In this document: piece after piece, positions 50,267-59,263 of the stretch
Layout of the letters: every line of letters begins with the position of its first letter
Position numbering within the stretch: position 1 is the stretch's first letter
Assembly (NCBI GenBank): GCA_963718525.1
Contig: OY970355.1
Coordinates: forward strand, 2,048,001-2,112,000
Reading direction: 5' to 3'
From: Candidatus Dormiibacterota bacterium
GTDB lineage: Bacteria > Chloroflexota > Dormibacteria > Aeolococcales > Aeolococcaceae
DNA: 64,000 nucleotides
Notes under the pieces: model-generated
What the model saw: the letters and a program-made list of their open reading frames with translations, nothing else
The model's database searches: none
What the model was told of the DNA's origin: nothing
Program-made: the position numbers and the translations under genes

Positions 50267-50785
50267 TCAGCGGTAGATCAGCACACCGGCCACCGCGCCG
50301 AGTGCCACCACGACAATGTTGGGAACCCGTCGGCTCAACACCATGACGAACGACACCGCGGCGATGACCGCCGTCCAGTCGTCGAATCCGCTGCCCTGCA
50401 ACACCTGCGCCAGGACGAGCGGTGAGACCCCGATGACCGCCAGCCCGATCCCCCGGACGAATCCCTCGACACCGGGCAATGAGCCGAAGCGCCGATACAG
50501 CGCGTCGATCGGCAGCACGAGCATCGGCGGAATCGTGGCGGCACACAGCGCAAGGATCGCCCCGAGCGGTCCCGCCACGATATACCCGAGGCTGACGACC
50601 CACAGCCCGTTGGGCCCAGGGGTCAACTGACCGACCACCAACGCTCCTGCGAACTGTGAGTCGGTCGCCCATCCCTGACCGATCAGGTCGGCATGCAAGC
50701 TCGGCAGTGAGGCGATACCGTTGTTCGAGATGACCTGAGCCTTGAGCACGAAAAGAAAGAGCAGCACGTAACTGACGCGGCTCAT
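50267..50785 (-). CDS. Short-chain CHR (chromate transporter family) subunit
   Basis: VGQLTPGPNG motif, multiple TM segments; coupled to the upstream paralog. Confidence 0.8.
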   Translation of the reverse strand: MSRVSYVLLFLFVLKAQVISNNGIASLPSLHADLIGQGWATDSQFAGALVVGQLTPGPNGLWVVSLGYIVAGPLGAILALCAATIPPMLVLPIDALYRRFGSLPGVEGFVRGIGLAVIGVSPLVLAQVLQGSGFDDWTAVIAAVSFVMVLSRRVPNIVVVALGAVAGVLIYR

Positions 50786-51408
50786 GCCAGCCGCGCCCGC
50801 AGCACCGAACACAACGCGAAGACCACCGCGGAGGGCAGGAGCAGTGCAAGCACCGGCGGATTCACCACCACAAAGACGATCGCGTCGGTGAAGATCAACA
50901 CGATGGCGAGTACCAGCATGCCGAGGCCTTTCTCCAGGCTCACCGCGAGCAGGGGCCGAGCATTGAAGATGACATTCGCTATGGCCAGTCCCAGCACCGC
51001 CGCCACGACCCCGTGCAATGCCGACTTGGTGAGGGGGTATTCGTCAAGCCGCAGGTACAGGATGGTGATGGCCACCGTGATCAGGCCGCTCGGGATCAGG
51101 AGTCCCAGCAGCGCCGCGGCGGCGCCTGCCGCACGTGAGAAGCGATAGCCGATCAGAGCTGAGAGGGCGATGAGACTCATGCCTGGGCCGATCTGGCAGA
51201 CGGCCCACGCTTCGGCGAATTCAAGAGAGGACATCCAACCGCCCTGCTCGACAACAGCGCGATACACGTTGAGCCGCGTGCCCTGGCCGCCACCGAAGCT
51301 CGCCGTGCCGATGCGCAGCCAGAGGAGGAGTTGCGTCCGCACGGGCGGTGGAGCCTTGACGACGTCACCTGCCGGGGTCACACGCCCGGTTGCATGCGTC
51401 GGGCTCAC
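50782..51408 (-). CDS. Short-chain CHR (chromate transporter family) subunit
   Basis: IGTASFGGG, EFAEAWAVCQIGPG and LIPS motifs. Confidence 0.85.
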   Translation of the reverse strand: MSPTHATGRVTPAGDVVKAPPPVRTQLLLWLRIGTASFGGGQGTRLNVYRAVVEQGGWMSSLEFAEAWAVCQIGPGMSLIALSALIGYRFSRAAGAAAALLGLLIPSGLITVAITILYLRLDEYPLTKSALHGVVAAVLGLAIANVIFNARPLLAVSLEKGLGMLVLAIVLIFTDAIVFVVVNPPVLALLLPSAVVFALCSVLRARLA

Positions 51409-51546
51409 CTGCCGCCACCAGTCGCGCGCCGGGACCGACAGGGTGATGCGCGATCAACACGTTGCACAGTGGCGGGGTCGATATCATGGTGCCGTGCCGT
51501 ACTGCGGTCTCCGCCATGCCCGAACACGCGGCATCGCCTAACTGAC

Positions 51547-52491
51547 ATGAACGTCGCCGTCCTCGATGACTACCAGGGCGTCGCGCATTCCATCGTTGAT
51601 TGGAGCGTCCTTGGCGATGAGCTGCGCGTCGACTTCATCGCGGAGCATCTTGACGAAGAGGCGCTCATCGAGCGCATCTCCGGGTACGAGATCGTGGTGG
51701 CGATGCGCGAGCGGACCGCGTTTCCCGCCCGAGTCCTGCAGCGACTTCCCGACCTTCGTCTCCTCGTGACCACCGGGATGCGCAATGCCGCCATCGACCT
51801 TGACGCTGCCCGTGGAGCGGGGGTGGTCGTCTGCGGCACGGGGGGGTTGACGTGGTCGACGGCGGAATTGACCTGGGGACTGATCATCGCCGCCTTCCGC
51901 AACCTCATCGTGGAACACGAGTCGATGCGGGCGGGCGGGTGGCAGCGCACTGTGGGAAGCGACATGGCCGGCCATACGCTCGGGCTGGTGGGTCTGGGAC
52001 ATCTGGGAGCGCGACTTGCGCGATATGGTCGCGCGTTCGATATGCAGGTCGTCGCGTGGAGTCCCAACCTCACCGTGGAGCGAGCAGCCGAGCACGATGT
52101 CACCTACCTTCCGCGAGACGAATTCTTCGAGCAGGCGGATGTCGTTTCGATCCACCTGGTGCTCGGCACGCGGACTCGCGGTCTGATCACCGCCGCGGAT
52201 CTGCGCAGGATGAAGCCGACCAGCTACCTCGTCAACACGTCGCGTGGTCCGCTGGTCGAGGAGGACGGGCTGCTCCGGGCGCTCCGCGAGGGCTGGATCG
52301 CCGGAGCGGCGATCGACGTCTACGACATCGAGCCACTGCCACCAGGTCACGAACTCCGCCGCCTCGACAACGTCATCCTGACCCCCCACATCGGGTACGT
52401 GTCCCGCGACACCTACGGTCACTTCTTTGCCGGCGTTGTCGAGGACATCCAGGCGTTTCTCGCCGGCGCTCCGATCAGGGTGCTCACGTAG
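51547..52491 (+). CDS. D-2-hydroxyacid dehydrogenase family protein
   Basis: AVLDDYQ, MRERT, GLVGLGHLG, VNTSRG and TPHIGY. Confidence 0.9.
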   Translation: MNVAVLDDYQGVAHSIVDWSVLGDELRVDFIAEHLDEEALIERISGYEIVVAMRERTAFPARVLQRLPDLRLLVTTGMRNAAIDLDAARGAGVVVCGTGGLTWSTAELTWGLIIAAFRNLIVEHESMRAGGWQRTVGSDMAGHTLGLVGLGHLGARLARYGRAFDMQVVAWSPNLTVERAAEHDVTYLPRDEFFEQADVVSIHLVLGTRTRGLITAADLRRMKPTSYLVNTSRGPLVEEDGLLRALREGWIAGAAIDVYDIEPLPPGHELRRLDNVILTPHIGYVSRDTYGHFFAGVVEDIQAFLAGAPIRVLT

Positions 52492-52536
52492 CGGCTGCGG
52501 CCGCATGCCTTCGCTACCAACCGACTGGGCGCGCTT

Positions 52537-53628
52537 TCAGGCTGAGCGTCCGAGTGCCTCGACAACCGCGTCCGCCACCTCAGCGGTCCCCACTGCGCTT
52601 GGGTCGTCCCGTTCGGCCTTCATATCGTAGGTCACGCTGCGTCCTTCGGCGATGACCTGCGCCAGTGCCCGCTCGAGCCGGTCGGCCGCGTCCTTCTCGC
52701 CGATGTAGCGGAGCATGAGGACGCCGCTGAACATCATGGCCATCGGATTCGCCTTGTTCTGTCCCGCATATTTCGGCGCGCTGCCGTGGGTGGCCTCGAA
52801 CATGGCCACACCGTCGCCGAAGTTTGCCCCGGCCGCGATACCGAGGCCGCCGATCATCCCTGCCCCGAGATCGGTGAGGATATCGCCATAGAGGTTGGGC
52901 ATGACCATGACGTCGTATATCTCGGGCTTTTGCACGAGCTGCATCGCCATGTTGTCGACGATGCGATCGTTGAACTCGATCTGCGGGAACTCGGTGCTCA
53001 CCTCCCTGGCAGTGCGCAGCCACAGCCCGTCGGTGTGCTTCATGATATTCGCTTTGTGAACGGCGGTGACCATATGACGCCCGTTGTCGATGGCCCACTG
53101 GAACGCGAAGCGGAACACGCGCTGTGTCCCGAAGATCGAGATCGGCTTGATGCTGATGCCCGCATCGGAGCGGATCTTCCTTCCGTTGAGACGTTCGATG
53201 TCCGCGATGAGCTCGAGCGTCTCGGGCTCACCGACGGCGAACTCGATACCCGCATAGAGGTCCTCGGTGTTCTCCCGCACCACGACAAGGTCGATGTCCT
53301 CGAAGCGACTGCGTACCCCGGGGTACGACTTCAGCGGGCGTACCAGGGCGAAGAGATCGAGCTCGCGGCGAAGCGCCACGTTGACGGACCGGATGCCCGA
53401 CCCGATCGGCGTTGTGAGCGGGCCCTTGAGCGCAACCTTGTTCCGCCGGATGGAGTCGACCACCGCCGGGGGCAGCGGGTCACCGGTTGCTTCCATGACG
53501 GCGAGGCCGGCGTTGTGGACCTCCCACGAGATCTCGACACCGGTCGCATCGATGGCCCGGCATGCCGCAGCGCTTAATTCGGGGCCGACCCCGTCGCCCG
53601 GAATGATGGTGATTGTGTGTCGCGCCAT
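52537..53628 (-). CDS. Isocitrate/isopropylmalate dehydrogenase family (NAD-IDH-like)
   Basis: PGDGVGPE, KGPLTTP...RSVNVALRR, RENTEDLY, HKANIMK, PNLYGDI and EATHGSAP. Confidence 0.88.
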   Translation of the reverse strand: MARHTITIIPGDGVGPELSAAACRAIDATGVEISWEVHNAGLAVMEATGDPLPPAVVDSIRRNKVALKGPLTTPIGSGIRSVNVALRRELDLFALVRPLKSYPGVRSRFEDIDLVVVRENTEDLYAGIEFAVGEPETLELIADIERLNGRKIRSDAGISIKPISIFGTQRVFRFAFQWAIDNGRHMVTAVHKANIMKHTDGLWLRTAREVSTEFPQIEFNDRIVDNMAMQLVQKPEIYDVMVMPNLYGDILTDLGAGMIGGLGIAAGANFGDGVAMFEATHGSAPKYAGQNKANPMAMMFSGVLMLRYIGEKDAADRLERALAQVIAEGRSVTYDMKAERDDPSAVGTAEVADAVVEALGRSA

Positions 53629-53759
53629 GCTGTTGCGGTCCTCCAGATTGAGTGGCAGGGAATCGAACGACGGCGCGGATGCGAGCTTCTGTTCCGATCA
53701 GCGCCTGTCAACGGGCATTGGATGTCTCTCGTGCGGCTGTGCCGGGACTACCCACCACT

Positions 53760-54653
53760 TTATCGACCGGCGGCAAGCCTGGCGTCGAGCACTTCGTAGG
53801 CAGGGTAGTTCAGCGAGGCCTCCATGTCCTCTCGGGTGGACATGCGATCGAGCAGCGAGGCCGTGGTGCCAGTATCGCGGATTGCGATGTACGCGTCCAT
53901 CTGGGCACGTGCGGCAAGTCGCATCGACGTGGTCGGCCAGATCACCATCTTGTAGCCCATCTCCTCCACCTGGGCAGCCGTGAAGGCGGGAGTCTGCCCG
54001 AACTCCGTGAGGTTCGCAAGGAGCGGTGCAGCAACACGTGTAGCGAACTCACGGAACATGGACTCACTCGTCAGCGCCTCGGGAAAGACCGCATCGGCGC
54101 CTGCGTCGAGGTAGCGAAGACTGCGTGCGATGGCTCCGTCGAGCCCCTCGCTCTCGAGAGCATCCGTACGGGCGACGATGACCATGTCCCGCCGTGCCAT
54201 CACGGCCGCCCTGATCCGGATCACCATGTCCTCCACCGTGGCCATGCGCTTGTCGCGCAGATGTCCGCACTTCTTGGGCAGGATCTGGTCTTCGATGTGC
54301 ACGGCAGCAGCGCCGGCATCCTCGAAGGCGCGAACCATGTAGGCGACGTTGAGCGCTTCGCCGTGCCCGGTATCACCGTCCACGAGCACCGGCAGATTGG
54401 TGGCGTGGACAACCTGCCGGATGAAGAAGCACACGTCGTCAATGGTGATCACCCCGACATCGGGCAGCCCCATCGACGCCGACATGGCGGCGCCGGACAG
54501 GTAGAGGGCTTCGAAGCCGGCATTCCTCGCCTGAATAGCGGCAAGGCCGTTGTGCGCACCCGGCATGAGCACGGCGCCGGGCCGCTCCAGCAACTGCCTC
54601 AAGCGGAGACCCAGCGAGCCCGTGGGCGTGACGAGACCGATGGAGTCGACCAT
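53760..54653 (-). CDS. prpB: Methylisocitrate lyase (ICL/PEP mutase family)
   Basis: YLSGAA, GLPD, VDGDTG, IEDQILPKKCGHL, ARTDA and ANLTEFG. Confidence 0.82.
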   Translation of the reverse strand: MVDSIGLVTPTGSLGLRLRQLLERPGAVLMPGAHNGLAAIQARNAGFEALYLSGAAMSASMGLPDVGVITIDDVCFFIRQVVHATNLPVLVDGDTGHGEALNVAYMVRAFEDAGAAAVHIEDQILPKKCGHLRDKRMATVEDMVIRIRAAVMARRDMVIVARTDALESEGLDGAIARSLRYLDAGADAVFPEALTSESMFREFATRVAAPLLANLTEFGQTPAFTAAQVEEMGYKMVIWPTTSMRLAARAQMDAYIAIRDTGTTASLLDRMSTREDMEASLNYPAYEVLDARLAAGR

Positions 54654-54658
54654 GGGTC

Positions 54659-54671
54659 ATATATCATATAT
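54659..54671. promoter_or_regulatory. Conserved AT-rich operator-like motif, copy 1
   Basis: ATATATCATATAT in the divergent prpB / tartrate-DH intergenic region; near-identical to 60737-60749. Confidence 0.55.
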
Positions 54672-54761
54672 AAATCGAGTCCTGAGCTTCGTCCCCGACG
54701 AGCCGGGGTCATTGCGGCCGCCGAGATCCCTCGGCGCATCAGCACAGGGGTGATCTGAGGC

Positions 54762-55802
54762 ATGCAGCGGATTGCAGTCATCGCCGGAGACGGGATCGGC
54801 AGAGAGGTCGTGCCTGCCGGGATACGCGTGCTCTCGAGCGTGTGTGACCTCGATTTTCACGAGCTCGACTGGGGCTCTGATCTCTACCTGCGGACCGGCG
54901 CGATGATGCCTGACGACGGCCTCGAGGTACTCGATGACTTCGACGCCATCTACCTCGGTGCCGTGGGCGTCCCTCAAGTCCCTGACCACGTGACCTTGTG
55001 GGGGCTGCTGCTGCCGATTCGCAAAGCATTCGAGCTGTACGTCAACGTCCGGCCCGTCAACCTGCTGCGCGGAGTGCGGGGGCCACTGGCCGATCGCGGG
55101 CCCGAGGACATCGACATGCTCTTCATCCGTGAGAACACGGAGGGTGAGTACTCGGGCGCCGGTGGACGCGTCCATACCGGCACATCGCTGGAAGTCGCCG
55201 TGGAGGTGCCGGTATTTACGCGAGCCGCCATCGAGCGGACCGTGCGGTACGCATTCGACCGTGCGCGGGAGCGTTCCGGTTCGCTCACCAGTGTGACCAA
55301 GTCCAACGCGAGCCGGTACACCTATGTGCTCTGGGACCAGGTCGTCGAGGAGGTGCACCAGGAATACGCGGACGTCGTGCTGGATCGTGTCCTCGTGGAC
55401 GCGATGGCGGCGCGTATGGTGCTCCGACCCGACGCGGTGGACGTCGTGGTGGGCTCGAACCTGTTCGCCGACATCCTCACCGACCTCGGTGCTGCGCTGC
55501 AGGGCGGGCTCGGGCTCGCCGCGAGCGGGAACATCGATCCGAGCGGCCGCCATCCGTCGCTGTTCGAGCCCGTTCACGGGTCGGCACCGGACATCGCCGG
55601 ACAGGGAGTTGCCAATCCGATGGGCGCCGTCCTCAGCGGGGCGATGATGCTCCGTCACCTCGGCGAGGTCAACGCCGCGCAGCGTGTCGAAGCTGCCGTC
55701 GCCCTGGTCGTCGAACGCGGGGAGACGCTCACGCCGGATCTCGGCGGCACCGCGGGCACCTCCGAGGTCACCGAGGCGCTCATCGCCGCCCTCGCCACCT
55801 GA
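54762..55802 (+). CDS. Tartrate / D-malate dehydrogenase-like beta-decarboxylating dehydrogenase
   Basis: GDGIGREV, VPDHVTLWGLLLPIR, RENTEGEYS, TSVTKSNA and EPVHGSAPDI. Confidence 0.85.
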   Translation: MQRIAVIAGDGIGREVVPAGIRVLSSVCDLDFHELDWGSDLYLRTGAMMPDDGLEVLDDFDAIYLGAVGVPQVPDHVTLWGLLLPIRKAFELYVNVRPVNLLRGVRGPLADRGPEDIDMLFIRENTEGEYSGAGGRVHTGTSLEVAVEVPVFTRAAIERTVRYAFDRARERSGSLTSVTKSNASRYTYVLWDQVVEEVHQEYADVVLDRVLVDAMAARMVLRPDAVDVVVGSNLFADILTDLGAALQGGLGLAASGNIDPSGRHPSLFEPVHGSAPDIAGQGVANPMGAVLSGAMMLRHLGEVNAAQRVEAAVALVVERGETLTPDLGGTAGTSEVTEALIAALAT

Positions 55803-55836
55803 GCCTATCGTCGACGTGCGATAGTCGAACGAGACG

Positions 55837-57189
55837 CTAGGCCACCGCGACCCGGGTGCAGATCGCGCGGATCTCGTCGTCGGTCAAGGAGCGGCGGCGC
55901 ACGGTGGCGTCATCAACGATTGCCTGCCAGATGAGGGGAATCTTCTCCCGGTCGACGGTGATCCCAAGCTGATCCAGCTTGTCCTGGACCGTCCACATGC
56001 CGCTGGTTCTGTTGACGATCCACTCCTTCTCTGCGCCGACGAGTGACGGCTCGTAGGCCCAGTGGAGGAGGGGCTCAACCTTGAGCTCCTGGACGACGAT
56101 CTCGGTCCCTCCCCAGTTGTGCGCCCCGCGACCGGTGACGGCATGTGCGGCAGCGAGCTGCACACCGCTGATGTCCTCGACAAGGCGCGCGAGCGAATTC
56201 ATCTGATCGAGGTGAATGCCGGTGTGCACCCCATACAGCACCTCGAGGGCCGTCGCCATCTGGGCAAGGTCCACCTGACCGGCGGTCGCCGAGATTCCGT
56301 TGACCGAGACCTCGGTGACCTCCGCGCCGGCGTGTACGGCGGCGAGCGCGCACGCCACTCCCAGGCCGAACGCATTTCGGATGTACGTACCGATTCGACA
56401 TCCCGGTGCATACCGGCGAACCATGGACACGATGTGATTCCAGCCCTCGGGAGCGATCCCCGCGGCACCGTCCGAGAGCCAGATCTCGTCGACGCCTGCA
56501 GCATGCATCGCGGTGCAGTAGCGCTCGAGATGGTTGTCGTCCACAAGGGTGAGGAGGTTGATGCCGGTGCTCGCGCGCAGGCCGTGGAACCGGATGCGTG
56601 CGATCAACTGCACCCCGCGCTCGATCTCCTGGTCGAGTGTGGTGGGCACGCCCAGCGTGCGCCAGTCACCCCCCGCCCATGAGGTGCGATACGCCTCGGA
56701 CCAGTAGATCGGCGTTGCCTCGGGCAGCGCAGGCATCCAGAACTCGGCGAGGGTCACGCCCACCTCGGCGGCGATGTCGACCATAGCTTCGGTCTGGGTC
56801 GCGCCCATCTTGACGCCGAGATCCGGCCGTATCGATTTGAGATGGGTCACCTCATCACGCAGCGCCGCCGCCGACATGCCCCAGCCATGCGCGGACACCT
56901 CGATCTCGGGAACGCCCGCTTCGAGAAGCGCCTCGCCGAGGCGCCGGCGTTGCGCGCGGTCCACGGTGACGCCTGGCGTCTGCTCGATGACCCGCAACGT
57001 GATGTCGCGCAACGTCGTCGAGTGGGGATAGTGGTCCGGGAATGGTGCTCCGAGGACCGACGGATCCCGGTTGTATGGGCTCACCGCCCAGCGACCGGGT
57101 TCGAAGCTCCCCGGGCGCCGCCTGCGCGCGAATGCCTCCTGGATGTGTCGAACTTCGTCAGGCGTCAGATGCGGCGACGGTGCGGCCAC
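55837..57189 (-). CDS. LeuA/homocitrate-synthase-like DRE-TIM protein with a degenerate active site
   Basis: DITLRVIEQTPGV (vs DTTLRDGEQ), GTYIRNAFGLG (vs HxHNDxG), EVSVNGI, LEVLYG and YEPSLVG. Confidence 0.75.
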   Translation of the reverse strand: MAAPSPHLTPDEVRHIQEAFARRRRPGSFEPGRWAVSPYNRDPSVLGAPFPDHYPHSTTLRDITLRVIEQTPGVTVDRAQRRRLGEALLEAGVPEIEVSAHGWGMSAAALRDEVTHLKSIRPDLGVKMGATQTEAMVDIAAEVGVTLAEFWMPALPEATPIYWSEAYRTSWAGGDWRTLGVPTTLDQEIERGVQLIARIRFHGLRASTGINLLTLVDDNHLERYCTAMHAAGVDEIWLSDGAAGIAPEGWNHIVSMVRRYAPGCRIGTYIRNAFGLGVACALAAVHAGAEVTEVSVNGISATAGQVDLAQMATALEVLYGVHTGIHLDQMNSLARLVEDISGVQLAAAHAVTGRGAHNWGGTEIVVQELKVEPLLHWAYEPSLVGAEKEWIVNRTSGMWTVQDKLDQLGITVDREKIPLIWQAIVDDATVRRRSLTDDEIRAICTRVAVA

Positions 57190-57230
57190 AGGCTCCTCCT
57201 GTCGTGGTGCGCGGGTCCGACGTACGATCC

Positions 57231-58322
57231 TCAGCCGGCATCGAGTGCAGCCAGGACGGCTTTCGTCAGGCCTTCGGTGGTCGCGGTCCCGCCTAGGTCA
57301 GGCGTGCGTGTGTCGCCCGACGCGAGCGTTCGCGCAATTGCCGAGTCGACATCGTCTGCCACGGCTATCAGGTCGGGCTCTCCGTGCACTCTGCTGAGCC
57401 AGCGCAGCAGCAGCGAACCGGAAAGGATCTCGGCGATGGGATTGGCGATGCCCATGCCGGCGATGTCGGGTGCGGATCCATGCACGGCCTGCGCCATGGC
57501 GTGATCATCACCAATGTTCAACCCCGGGGCGAGACCCAGGCCGCCGACGAGTCCGGCCGCCTCGTCGGAGAGGATGTCGCCGAACATGTTCGTGGTCACC
57601 ACCACGTCGGCGACCTCGGGGCGGAGGATGAGGCGCATCGCGAAGGCATCGACCAGAAAATCATCGAACGCGATGTCTGGATTCTCGGCCGCGACATCAC
57701 GGCAGCACTCGAGGAAGAGGCCGTCGCCGCGGCGGAGCACGTTGGCTTTGTGCACGCACGTGACCTTTCGAAGTCCGTCACGCTCGCGAGCAAGTGCGAA
57801 CGCCTGGCGCGCGACCCGCATGCTCGCGCGCCGCGTGACCAGACGCACCGAGATCACCGTGTCCAGGTCGGGGCGGAGCTCGCCGTTGCCGTCGAGCATG
57901 TTGCGATCGGCGTAGAAGCCCTCGGTGTTCTCGCGGACGATCACCACATTCATATCGGGGTGCACGCATTCGACGCCGGGCCAGCCGCGCGCCGGGCGTA
58001 CGTTGGCGTACAGCTCGAAGTTCTTGCGCAGGTACCCGCTGGGGTTCACATAGCGCGCGTCACCCATGGGGTAATCACGATGAGAGACCGGCCCGAGAAT
58101 CCACCCCGGGATATCGGGAAGGGCTTCCCGCGTGCGGATCGGCAGCGTGCTCCCCTCGCTGTCAACCGAAGCCACCCCGGCCGGCAGCGGCACCCACGCG
58201 ATGTCGACGGCGTGCCGCTTCGCGGCGTGGTCGAGGATGCGAGTCGTCGACCGGACGATCTCCGGGCCGATGTCATCGCCCTCCATCACGGCGATCCTCA
58301 CCGGCGAGGTCTCGCCATTCAT
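57231..58322 (-). CDS. Isocitrate/isopropylmalate dehydrogenase family protein (third paralog)
   Basis: GDDIGPEI, NPSGYLRK, RENTEGFYADRN, HKANVL, NMFGDILSD and QAVHGSAPDI. Confidence 0.88.
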   Translation of the reverse strand: MNGETSPVRIAVMEGDDIGPEIVRSTTRILDHAAKRHAVDIAWVPLPAGVASVDSEGSTLPIRTREALPDIPGWILGPVSHRDYPMGDARYVNPSGYLRKNFELYANVRPARGWPGVECVHPDMNVVIVRENTEGFYADRNMLDGNGELRPDLDTVISVRLVTRRASMRVARQAFALARERDGLRKVTCVHKANVLRRGDGLFLECCRDVAAENPDIAFDDFLVDAFAMRLILRPEVADVVVTTNMFGDILSDEAAGLVGGLGLAPGLNIGDDHAMAQAVHGSAPDIAGMGIANPIAEILSGSLLLRWLSRVHGEPDLIAVADDVDSAIARTLASGDTRTPDLGGTATTEGLTKAVLAALDAG

Positions 58323-59263
58323 CCGCGTGGTGCGGCCGCCGGCACGACCCGGCGAGAGTTGGTCACTGCCATCGTGCACACCTCGCTTTCGGTGAAGCCC
58401 GCCTCGAGAAAACGATCTGCCATCAGCGCCATCCCATCTTCAACCGGCGGATTGTGCGGCTGGCCGAGATCGCTGGAGAACAGCGAGTGTTCAGTCCCGG
58501 CCGCGCGCACGTTCGCAAACAGCGCCTCCCAGCTGATGCGCCCGCCGTGCGGCGTTCCGAAGCATCGCTCCAGAAGACACCCGCGGTCGCCGAGCGCGCG
58601 CTGCTGCTCGGGCGCAAGTTGCTGCGAAGGGAAATCAGGGTGGGTGATGACGATTCGCTCCACGCCGGCCTCCTGTGCCGCGATGACCACGGGCAGGATT
58701 TCGTCACCGCCGAGATGCCCCGTGCAGAGCACGAGGTCGTGCTCCGCGACGAGCTCGAGGACGGTGTGCACCTCGGGGAGAACCTTTCCACCGGCATCAA
58801 TCATCCTGATCGGGGGCGGGCTGATGCCCTTCGCCTGCAGGTGATTCTTGAGCGCGAGCCAGCCCGGGGGGGTTCCCTGGCCGGCCGCTTCAGCGGCGTG
58901 CGCCTCGTTGATGGAATCGAAGGTCGGGAGCCACACGAACTTCCCGCCGCTGCGCGCGCAGATCTCCACTGCAACGGGGTTCACACCGCCCACAGGCCAG
59001 TTCAACGTGACCGCTCCGATCACCTCGACACCGGACGTGGCCTGCACGAGTGCGGCACGCTCCGCGGTCATCGTGTAGTGGGATTTGAGGACAAAACCGC
59101 CCAGCCCGAGTTGACTGAAACGCGCCGCCAGGCTGACGTCGTCGATGCGACGCTGCAGCACATCGGGAAGCACGTGAACGTGGAGGTCGTAGGCGCCCTG
59201 AAGGAGTTCTCGTGCTCGGTTTGAGGGGACCGGATGTGACTGCGCCTCCGCCTCACCCGCCAT
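58319..59263 (-). CDS. DUF6282-like amidohydrolase/PHP-fold metalloprotein
   Basis: DLHVHVLPD, VLKSH, VWLPT, TGH, ITHP and SSDLGQ metal-ligand pattern. Confidence 0.75.
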   Translation of the reverse strand: MAGEAEAQSHPVPSNRARELLQGAYDLHVHVLPDVLQRRIDDVSLAARFSQLGLGGFVLKSHYTMTAERAALVQATSGVEVIGAVTLNWPVGGVNPVAVEICARSGGKFVWLPTFDSINEAHAAEAAGQGTPPGWLALKNHLQAKGISPPPIRMIDAGGKVLPEVHTVLELVAEHDLVLCTGHLGGDEILPVVIAAQEAGVERIVITHPDFPSQQLAPEQQRALGDRGCLLERCFGTPHGGRISWEALFANVRAAGTEHSLFSSDLGQPHNPPVEDGMALMADRFLEAGFTESEVCTMAVTNSRRVVPAAAPRG

